Source of the DNA: an uncultured Thermoplasmatales archaeon
Lineage (GTDB): Archaea; Thermoplasmatota; Thermoplasmata; Thermoplasmatales; GCA-001856825
DNA: 64,000 nucleotides
Reading direction: 5' to 3'
Assembly: GCA_964468585.1 (NCBI GenBank)
Contig: CAYXTM010000005.1
Coordinates: 10,247 to 74,246 of the forward strand
Part shown: piece by piece, positions 10,523 through 17,776 of the stretch
Position numbering within the stretch: position 1 is the stretch's first letter
Layout of the letters: each line of letters opens with the position of its first letter
Made by a program: the position numbers and the translations under genes
Notes under the pieces: generated by a model
Told to the model about the DNA's origin: nothing
The model's database searches: none
Seen by the model: the letters and a program-made list of their open reading frames with translations, nothing else

Positions 10523-10554
10523 AAGATGTTTATATATGTGCTATAATTAAAGTT
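10523..10554. promoter_or_regulatory. compact bidirectional (interleaved) promoter between GDE and GH15 genes
   Basis: The intergenic gap is 32 bp. Plus-strand TTTATATAT (10529-10537) lies about 22 nt before ATG 10555. Minus-strand TTTAATTATA (10541-10550) lies about 24 nt before ATG 10522. Both spacings suggest leaderless transcripts. Confidence 0.4.
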
Positions 10555-12438
10555 ATGGTACGTTTCCTCCCATTGGGAAATGGGAGATTGCTAGTCAACT
10601 TCGACAGCGATATGAATCTTGTCGATTTCTATTATTCTCAAACACAATCGGAAAATCACGGAGGTCATCCATTTAAAACCGGAATAATGATAAGCTCTAA
10701 ATTTCAATGGATTAGAAGTGAAAATATAATAGACTATGACTACATGGATCACACCGCTATAGGAAGGGTTTATTCTAGGTTGGATGACATAGGAGTTACA
10801 TTGTATAACTTTGTTTATCCATATAATGACTTCTTCATTAGGAGAATTGAGCTCAATAACCTTTCAAATCAGAAAAAAGATATTAAACTATTTTTTCACC
10901 AGAATTTCAATATTTATGGCAACAACATAGGGGATACAGCGCTTTATGACCCTGAGACAAACTCAGTTATCCATTATAAGGGCAGACGATATTTCCTAGC
11001 CTCCACCATAGATAGTAAAAATTCTGGAATGAATGCATATGCCATAGGTGTCAAAGATTTTGGAGGTCTTGAAGGAACATGGAAGGACGCTGAGGACGGT
11101 ATTCTGTCACAGAATCCTGTAGCCATAGGATCGGTAGATTCTGTCATTGGCCACAAGTTGAGTATTTCCCCAGGGGAAAAGGAACAGTTGTATTATTACA
11201 TTATATGTGGAAGGAGCGAAGAAGAGGTAAAATCATATAGAATGACATATGATGCTCTAAGATATTATGAAGAAAGGACTGCAAACTTTTGGAGAACATG
11301 GTCAAATAAAAGAAATTTTCAAATGGAAACAGGGGCAGTATCATTATTCAAAAGGTCCTTATTTATTATAAGAAGCCACATGAACCAGCTCGGTGCCATA
11401 GCGGCTTCAAGTGATTCAGATATTTTAAAGTCAAATAAGGACGGCTACTATTATGTGTGGCCCAGGGATGCATCAATGGCCGCATATGCTTTGATGAAAT
11501 CAACACATTATGGTCCTGCAAGACTATTCTTCAATTTTGCCATGAATACGATGGAAAAAGAGGGCTATTTTTATCACAAATATAACATGAATGGAACGAA
11601 GGCCAGTTCATGGATTCCGAGGATCATTGATGGGAAAACCAATCTACCAATCCAACAGGACGAGACTGCACTGGTAATCTGGGCCCTATGGAACTATCAT
11701 AAGTACGTAAATGACTTGGAATTTATATCGACAATATATGAAAATCTCATAAAGAAGAGTGCCAATTTTATATATAATTACTTTGAAAACGGCTTCCCCA
11801 AACCATCCTTCGATCTTTGGGAGGAGAGGTTTGGAATTCATTCTTTTACCATTGCAACGGTTTATGCAGCCTTAAAAGATGCAGCGAAATTCGCAGATAC
11901 ACTAGGCGAAAATACTGAATCGAATAAGTTTGAAGAACGGGCCGAACAGTTGAAGCGAAATTTCAATGAAAAATTCTATTCTGAAGAATTGGGCTATTTT
12001 GCCAGATCAATGATAAATGGAAAGCTAGATTTCACACCTGACGCATCAGTTCTCTTATTGCCCAGATTTGGATTGGTTGAATCCACTGATCCCAGGATGC
12101 TGCAAACAGCAGATGTAATTTCCAAAGAGCTTACAGTGCCTTTGATCGGTGGAATAGCAAGATACAAAGGAGATAATTATCAACGAGTTAAGGATGACCC
12201 GGCAGTGCCTGGGAATCCATGGATAATAACCACTTTGTGGCTTGCCGATTATCTTGATCAAATTGGGAATAAGGAGAAAGCATTAGAAAATATCAATTGG
12301 GTTATAAACCACGCACAGCCTTCAGGTGTATTTTCAGAGCAAATCAACCCTTACAATGGTCAACCTCAGTCCGTCTCTCCACTTGTCTGGAGTCATTCTG
12401 AATTTGTGATAACACTGCTAAATAGGATAAACAGGTAA
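10555..12438 (+). CDS. glycoside hydrolase family 15 (glucoamylase / archaeal trehalase type)
   Basis: The ORF opens at 10516, but MVRFLPLGNGRLLVNFD at 10555 is the family-typical N-terminus. The catalytic-domain motifs YVWPRDASMAAYAL and FDLWEERFG are present. Confidence 0.85.
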   Translation: MVRFLPLGNGRLLVNFDSDMNLVDFYYSQTQSENHGGHPFKTGIMISSKFQWIRSENIIDYDYMDHTAIGRVYSRLDDIGVTLYNFVYPYNDFFIRRIELNNLSNQKKDIKLFFHQNFNIYGNNIGDTALYDPETNSVIHYKGRRYFLASTIDSKNSGMNAYAIGVKDFGGLEGTWKDAEDGILSQNPVAIGSVDSVIGHKLSISPGEKEQLYYYIICGRSEEEVKSYRMTYDALRYYEERTANFWRTWSNKRNFQMETGAVSLFKRSLFIIRSHMNQLGAIAASSDSDILKSNKDGYYYVWPRDASMAAYALMKSTHYGPARLFFNFAMNTMEKEGYFYHKYNMNGTKASSWIPRIIDGKTNLPIQQDETALVIWALWNYHKYVNDLEFISTIYENLIKKSANFIYNYFENGFPKPSFDLWEERFGIHSFTIATVYAALKDAAKFADTLGENTESNKFEERAEQLKRNFNEKFYSEELGYFARSMINGKLDFTPDASVLLLPRFGLVESTDPRMLQTADVISKELTVPLIGGIARYKGDNYQRVKDDPAVPGNPWIITTLWLADYLDQIGNKEKALENINWVINHAQPSGVFSEQINPYNGQPQSVSPLVWSHSEFVITLLNRINR

Positions 12439-12440
12439 GA

Positions 12441-13013
12441 TTAGAGGCTAATTGTCGCATCACTTATCAATTCCAGAGTGCGTGAAAGATCAGGGGTCAG
12501 CTGTTCCATTATGCTCAATATGGCTATCTTCGCGCCGGTAGGCCTTATCATTGTAATCAATATGTGGAAGAATTCACTGAGTATCCCTAGGTCATTGTGT
12601 ATTGCGAGACTGTTTGCACTATCTATTATTATCAGGGGGATTTTCGGAGTAGGCTTTTGCTTGTTTATTCTGTTCAAATACATTATTTTGATTATGAGAG
12701 TTTCCAGCATTGTTGGTGATTCAACAACTATTATGTTTGGGTCAGGCTTAATATCAAAGGAGTAAGTGGTACAATCTATGAAGTATATGTCCTCCATGGG
12801 TAGGCCCGCTGACTCAAAAATGTTTTTGAAAATAGAGCTAGGCACTGTTGCCGAAACATAAAAAATTATGCGATTTTGTTCTATTCCATAACTTATAAGG
12901 TCCAAAATTGTCTTTGTGTAAATATCTATACTCGATTTGACCAGAACAACATCATTTTCATCTAGAACTGTTTTTATACCTTCATTCTGTGCCATCAGTA
13001 AGTCACCTGCCAA
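12441..13013 (-). CDS. inactivated KaiC/RecA-fold protein (no Walker A)
   Basis: 190 aa. It has RecA/KaiC-like strand-helix periodicity (VVLVKSS..., IIFYVSA..., PLIIIDSANSL as a Walker-B-like hhhhD), but the P-loop position reads SSIDIYTKT. It overlaps the KaiC-like gene by 19 nt. Confidence 0.5.
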   Translation of the reverse strand: MAGDLLMAQNEGIKTVLDENDVVLVKSSIDIYTKTILDLISYGIEQNRIIFYVSATVPSSIFKNIFESAGLPMEDIYFIDCTTYSFDIKPDPNIIVVESPTMLETLIIKIMYLNRINKQKPTPKIPLIIIDSANSLAIHNDLGILSEFFHILITMIRPTGAKIAILSIMEQLTPDLSRTLELISDATISL

Positions 13014-13735
13014 CCTTTAAGCAGAGGAGAAAGCATTATTCCTATGGGTGTCAAGTCCATAACGTACTCAGCTCTGGAGTGGGAAGTTCCACGCATTTTT
13101 ATTATCTGGAGAGTCCTGAGTAGGTCACCCCTTCTTTTGAGGTTGCCCAGAAGGATAATTCCATCCGCAACAGCCTCCTCAACTCCGTACTGTGAATAAC
13201 CCTTGGCATTAGGGAGAAGCTCAGATACCATCAGGGCTGTTGCTTCGAGCTTATTAACGCTCTCTTCAAATTTTAAAATAAAATCCCTAATCTTTTCTTC
13301 TGTAACGAGTCTATAACATATGGACGTAAGGGAGTCTATGACTACTCTTTTAACGTTATTTTGCTTCATAGTTTCATGAATGAAACCTATGAATTTGTTT
13401 ATCTCTTCCATATCAAATTCCATATTAGTAAGACCGAGCTTTGAATAGATGTAAGGTATGTCAATAAGCATAATTTTGTTGGTGTCGAAATAATCTTCCT
13501 TAAAGAACTCAAAAGGAACCATGTTCTTCATGACTTTCGTACTTATTTCCGTTGCCGATATGTATAGACCTTTCTCCCCCTTTTCTGCACCATGTATGAG
13601 AAATTCTAAACTAAGAGTAGTCTTTCCTGTTCCACATGAGCCAGAGATCAAAACAGAATTACCCTTGGGGATGCCACCGTTCAAAAGACTATCCAATTCA
13701 TCTATTCCAGTTTCGCATCTATCTTGTGACTCCAC
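12995..13735 (-). CDS. single-domain KaiC-like ATPase (RecA superfamily, COG0467-type)
   Basis: 246 aa. Contains TGIDELDSLLNGGIPKGNSVLISGSCGTGKTTLSLEF (Walker A), VVIDSLTS (Walker B) and IIKMRGTSH. Confidence 0.8.
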   Translation of the reverse strand: MESQDRCETGIDELDSLLNGGIPKGNSVLISGSCGTGKTTLSLEFLIHGAEKGEKGLYISATEISTKVMKNMVPFEFFKEDYFDTNKIMLIDIPYIYSKLGLTNMEFDMEEINKFIGFIHETMKQNNVKRVVIDSLTSICYRLVTEEKIRDFILKFEESVNKLEATALMVSELLPNAKGYSQYGVEEAVADGIILLGNLKRRGDLLRTLQIIKMRGTSHSRAEYVMDLTPIGIMLSPLLKGWQVTY

Positions 13736-13759
13736 ACTACCTAATCCATATTTCAGTAT

Positions 13760-14455
13760 TTATTTATTTTTAGATAGTTTCCTATCATTATCTGTGATTA
13801 CTGCCAGAAGATCAAGTTTAGTTTGTCCAGTTCCTTTATTCAAATTAAGCCATCTTTCCAGTTTCCTAACAATCTTGAGATTCTCCTTAAGGAGTTCCAT
13901 CTGATCGACGTAGTCGTCTTCATCTATGTCTTCAAGAAGATTCAAAACCATCAATCTCATGGCATCATTAACTATTTTTGTCTCAATCTTTTTTATTTCA
14001 ATTTCAAGTCCAGGAGAATAATTATCAAGCAAAGCCCCGAACACTGGATTGTCCACCTTTTCACCTGCCTTTTTAAGCAATAGAGCAAAGGTAGTTCTGT
14101 TACCTCCAGACTCAACCATTATGTCGTTGAAAATAAGAAGATCGTTGTCGGTTAGTTCGTTCTCTTTTTTTCTCTTCAGCAGGCTCAAGGGTCTCAATCT
14201 TAATTGCCTTATACATATATAACGTTGACGGTTTACTATTAAAGTAACCACATCCATAATATTTATTTCAGGAAATAATGATCTAATTATGGTTTCAAAT
14301 GAATCAAGGTACGTTAGGGCAAAAATAATCAATTCTATTTCTAAAAACCCATACCTTATTTTCAGGGAAAATCCATTGATAGAATATTTTGTAGATGACG
14401 AAAGGTGCGATTCTATTTTGATATTAGATAATTCAATAAAGTTGATTGGGAGCAA
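13760..14455 (-). CDS. hypothetical protein, first gene of the KaiC operon
   Basis: 231-aa ORF lying 24 nt upstream of the KaiC-like gene. The C-terminal half is acidic and helical (LEDIDEDDYVDQMELLKENLKIVRKLERW). The start is uncertain: the maximal ORF overlaps the divergent ORF 14289.. head-to-head by 167 nt, and the alternative ATG at 14257 (MDVVTLIV...) would leave a 31-bp gap. Confidence 0.4.
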   Translation of the reverse strand: MLPINFIELSNIKIESHLSSSTKYSINGFSLKIRYGFLEIELIIFALTYLDSFETIIRSLFPEINIMDVVTLIVNRQRYICIRQLRLRPLSLLKRKKENELTDNDLLIFNDIMVESGGNRTTFALLLKKAGEKVDNPVFGALLDNYSPGLEIEIKKIETKIVNDAMRLMVLNLLEDIDEDDYVDQMELLKENLKIVRKLERWLNLNKGTGQTKLDLLAVITDNDRKLSKNK

Positions 14456-15176
14456 GATAATTGACCCAAATTATGAAGAATATAATGGAGATGGAAGTTG
14501 TTCTTCAATTTCATTCAAGAATAGGGAATGCTTAAGTGATGATAGGCCTTTAATTGAAGCATTTTCCATACCCTTTGAAGATGAGGTAGAAAGGATCATA
14601 AAGAATTATATGGAAATGAGAGAGATAATAATTAATAGACTGCAAACTGGGGGTGTCGAACTTACCGAGAGGAAATTATCACAAGAACTTGCTGCATCTC
14701 TTGTTTCTGAAGGATTCAGGGTAACTAGATGGCCAATAATAGCATACGATGATGCTACAGCTGACTTAGTACATAAACCAGGTGATACAAAGATAAAGAA
14801 TTTGGCTTATATAGAAGCAGTAGCATACAAGGACGGAATATCCCACATATTCTCAGAGACCATTTTCCTAAAAGAGGGAGAATACTCTAAAGATTACATA
14901 GAATTTCTAAAAGCAAAGGAATTCCTGAGGGAGAATTTTATCACCGGCGAAAATTCACAATATATTTACGAACATTTGAAGAATCTCAGGCATGAGAAGT
15001 TATATCTGACTCAGCCTTTATATCCATTTACTTCATGGGTACCTATGCCTGGTGATAATGTTACCATTAATTTCAGGACACCAACAGTATTTGATTTGTG
15101 GATAAATGGAGAAAATTATACCATCAGGAAAAAGTTTATTGCAATTTCAGGATATGAAAGCGCGATTATACTTTGA
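14289..15176 (+). CDS. M24 'pita-bread' fold protein lacking the metal ligands (pseudo-aminopeptidase)
   Basis: 295 aa. By eye it is collinear with Xaa-Pro/Met aminopeptidase catalytic domains: EVERIIKNYMEMREII...TERKLSQEL..., PIIAYDDATADLVHKPGDTKIKNLAYIEAVAYKDGISHIFSETIFL, PMPGDNVTINF and YTIRKKFIAISGYESAIIL. The D, D, H, E, E metal-ligand positions are mostly substituted. TATA-like ATATTTATTT (14259-14268) lies about 26 nt upstream of the ATG. Confidence 0.45.
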   Translation: MVSNESRYVRAKIINSISKNPYLIFRENPLIEYFVDDERCDSILILDNSIKLIGSKIIDPNYEEYNGDGSCSSISFKNRECLSDDRPLIEAFSIPFEDEVERIIKNYMEMREIIINRLQTGGVELTERKLSQELAASLVSEGFRVTRWPIIAYDDATADLVHKPGDTKIKNLAYIEAVAYKDGISHIFSETIFLKEGEYSKDYIEFLKAKEFLRENFITGENSQYIYEHLKNLRHEKLYLTQPLYPFTSWVPMPGDNVTINFRTPTVFDLWINGENYTIRKKFIAISGYESAIIL

Positions 15177-15978
15177 ACTTATTAACTTTGAAAGAGGCGT
15201 ATCCAACCCCTTCAGTCCCTCCAGCAATTTCTATTGAATTCGAAAGTCTTAGAAGCTCCACAATCCCATCGAAAGAAAGAAGAAGAGTGACGATTGGTCC
15301 AAAACCACAGGGGGTAAATTCCTCTGAATATACGTAATTATATAATGCTCTAATATCCCTATCAAGTATCGTCTTTGCTATTATGTTGTCATATCTCTTC
15401 AACTTATTATATGGAAGGTAATGATTAAGATCTGAACTTGCAATTATTGTGAAATCCCCTGGAAGTTTCTTTATGGCCTTAGATAATCGACTTGCAGATT
15501 CAAAACTCTGGTCTAGCATTACAATAGGTAAAATTTCAATATTCCCATAGAGATATTGAAGAAATGGAATTTCCACTTCAACTGAATGTTCATAAGCATG
15601 ACCCTGATTGTTTACTTCAAAACCCTCCTGTATCATTAAATCCAAGGCTTCTTCATTTATTTTTGCGACTCCCAAAGGAGTTTCATAAGGTTGATCTCCT
15701 AAGGATATATCTGATCCAAAGCCAGTATGATTTGGGCCAATAACTACAAAATAATCGAATCTTCCCGAGCTAGCAAGTGCATCGTAAGCATGGGCTGCTA
15801 TGGGTCCACTGTAATCATATCCCGCATGGGGTGAAATTATGCCAATTGAACCTTTTGTATCAGAAACCTGAGGTATATATCCCGGACCAAATTCATGCAG
15901 GAAGCTCCATTCTATCTTACGCCTGAGTTTATCTGTATCAGATGGATAGAAGCTCCCTGCAACATACGGTTTCCTCAT
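15166..15978 (-). CDS. MEMO1 / AmmeMemoRadiSam system protein B family
   Basis: 270 aa. Contains MRKPYVAGSFYP and ISPHAGYDYSGPIAAHAY motifs. It lies downstream of uS2, as in many archaea. Confidence 0.8.
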   Translation of the reverse strand: MRKPYVAGSFYPSDTDKLRRKIEWSFLHEFGPGYIPQVSDTKGSIGIISPHAGYDYSGPIAAHAYDALASSGRFDYFVVIGPNHTGFGSDISLGDQPYETPLGVAKINEEALDLMIQEGFEVNNQGHAYEHSVEVEIPFLQYLYGNIEILPIVMLDQSFESASRLSKAIKKLPGDFTIIASSDLNHYLPYNKLKRYDNIIAKTILDRDIRALYNYVYSEEFTPCGFGPIVTLLLSFDGIVELLRLSNSIEIAGGTEGVGYASFKVNKFKV

Positions 15979-16562
15979 AATTCTGCCTGGAAGTCCTCCT
16001 TTTTGAAACCGGCAGTATCCTTACCCCATAACTTAAGTATTTCCCTAGTAAGTAAGTAATAGATAAGCGCAAGGCTTTCTCTACCCTTATTGTTACCTGG
16101 AATTATCAAATCCACATAAGAAGAGCTATTGTTAGTATGTAATATGGCAACTATTGGTATTCCGTTCTTTACTGCTTCCATCATTGCTTGGCTATCGACT
16201 GCCGGATCATTTATCAAGACTACGTCAGGTTCCACGTATCCGCTTATGTTGGGATTAGTGAAAGTTCCCGGAATGAACCTCTCAGTAATCGCTTTCGCAG
16301 AGAGTAATTCTGCCATTTTGGTTGCAGGTTTTTTAGCATATTCCCTGGATGCCACTATGACTATTCCGCTTGGATCATACTTTGAGAGAAATTTTGCTGC
16401 TATTCTTATCCTCTCATCTATTTTGTTGATATCAATGATGTTCAATCCTTCCTTGGTGACTCCAGATATAAACTCTTCCATGTTGGCATTCTTTACTTTT
16501 GTACCTATCTGTACCTGCGATGTTCTGTAAATTTCCTCAGGAACTAGCAATTCATTGCTCAT
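15975..16562 (-). CDS. rps2: 30S ribosomal protein uS2
   Basis: 195 aa with N-terminal ELLVPEEIYRTSQVQIGT. It has 4-nt overlaps with both neighbours (eno and the MEMO-family gene). Confidence 0.9.
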   Translation of the reverse strand: MSNELLVPEEIYRTSQVQIGTKVKNANMEEFISGVTKEGLNIIDINKIDERIRIAAKFLSKYDPSGIVIVASREYAKKPATKMAELLSAKAITERFIPGTFTNPNISGYVEPDVVLINDPAVDSQAMMEAVKNGIPIVAILHTNNSSSYVDLIIPGNNKGRESLALIYYLLTREILKLWGKDTAGFKKEDFQAEL

Positions 16563-17776
16563 TTAATTCCTCCTATCTCTCCCTGAATTCTTACGAGTTC
16601 ATTTAATTTTGCTATCCTTTCTCCACCAACGGTACCTGTTTTAATATAATCGGTAGAAAGTGCTACTGCAAGATGTGCAATAAACTCGTCGTTAGTTTCT
16701 CCAGACCTGTGTGACACGACAGTTCCCATCCCGCTCTCCTTGGCGAGCTTCCAAGTATCAATGAGTCTGCTGATTGTTCCGACCTGATTGGGTTTAAGGA
16801 GTATGGCATTGGTTGCCATCTTATCTAGACCCTTCTTTAAGAGCGAAACATTTGTTGTGTAAAGGTCATCCCCTACTATGAATGCCCTATCTCCAACCTC
16901 TTTCGTTATTGTTGCATATCCATCAAAATCTTCTTGGTTCATGGGGTCTTCTACATACTTCAGGCCGTAATCTTTTACTAATGACACAACGTAGTTTATC
17001 TGTTCATCTTTGGTCAGGGCGCTATCTTTATAATAATATTTTCCGTTCTTGTAAAAGCTCGATGCAGCCATATCGATTCCAAGGTCAATCTGGAGACCTG
17101 TGGTATCCTTAAAATTATCAACTATGCCCTTGAGCAATTCAAATACTTCTTCATCCTTTAGAGGAACTACCCATGCCTTCTCATCCCCCATACCAAGGGG
17201 AATGTTAAGAGTCTTGCTCAGTTTTTCCTTGACTGCCTTGTGTATTTTTGAGTTTGTTAAAATCGCTTCATATACGTCCGTCGAATGGGTAGACACAAGA
17301 AATTCCTGTATGGTTGTTCCATTTACTGCATGAGCTCCACCACCTATGATATTTCCAAGGGGAGAAGGTATAGAGAAATTCATACCTCCTAGATATCTGA
17401 AGAGTGGGATACCCAGTTCATCTGCTGATGCCTTAGCAGTTGCCATGGATATGGCAACTGCCAGATTGCCGCCTATTCTTGAGAAGCTTTCTGTGCCATC
17501 TAAATCCTCCAACAACGAATCCAATCCTCTCTGATCAAATGCATCAAATCCTATTAATTTGCTTAGTAACTCTTGTTTGAACAGTTTTATTGATTCATTA
17601 ATTCCTCCCACAGGGTAATCTTTTACCTCATTCTCTCCCTTGGAGGCTCCACTGGGAGCTGAGGCTCTTCCATAGCCATACTTCGTAAATATCTCTACTT
17701 CAACGGTTTCGTTCCCCCTGGAGTCAAGGATCTTTCTAATATTTCCGTCCATTATTTCCGACATATGATCAGTCAC
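16559..17776 (-). CDS. eno: enolase
   Basis: 405 aa. Contains ILDSRGNETVEVE, LLKPNQVGT and SHRSGETNDEFIAHLAV. Confidence 0.95.
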   Translation of the reverse strand: MTDHMSEIMDGNIRKILDSRGNETVEVEIFTKYGYGRASAPSGASKGENEVKDYPVGGINESIKLFKQELLSKLIGFDAFDQRGLDSLLEDLDGTESFSRIGGNLAVAISMATAKASADELGIPLFRYLGGMNFSIPSPLGNIIGGGAHAVNGTTIQEFLVSTHSTDVYEAILTNSKIHKAVKEKLSKTLNIPLGMGDEKAWVVPLKDEEVFELLKGIVDNFKDTTGLQIDLGIDMAASSFYKNGKYYYKDSALTKDEQINYVVSLVKDYGLKYVEDPMNQEDFDGYATITKEVGDRAFIVGDDLYTTNVSLLKKGLDKMATNAILLKPNQVGTISRLIDTWKLAKESGMGTVVSHRSGETNDEFIAHLAVALSTDYIKTGTVGGERIAKLNELVRIQGEIGGIK

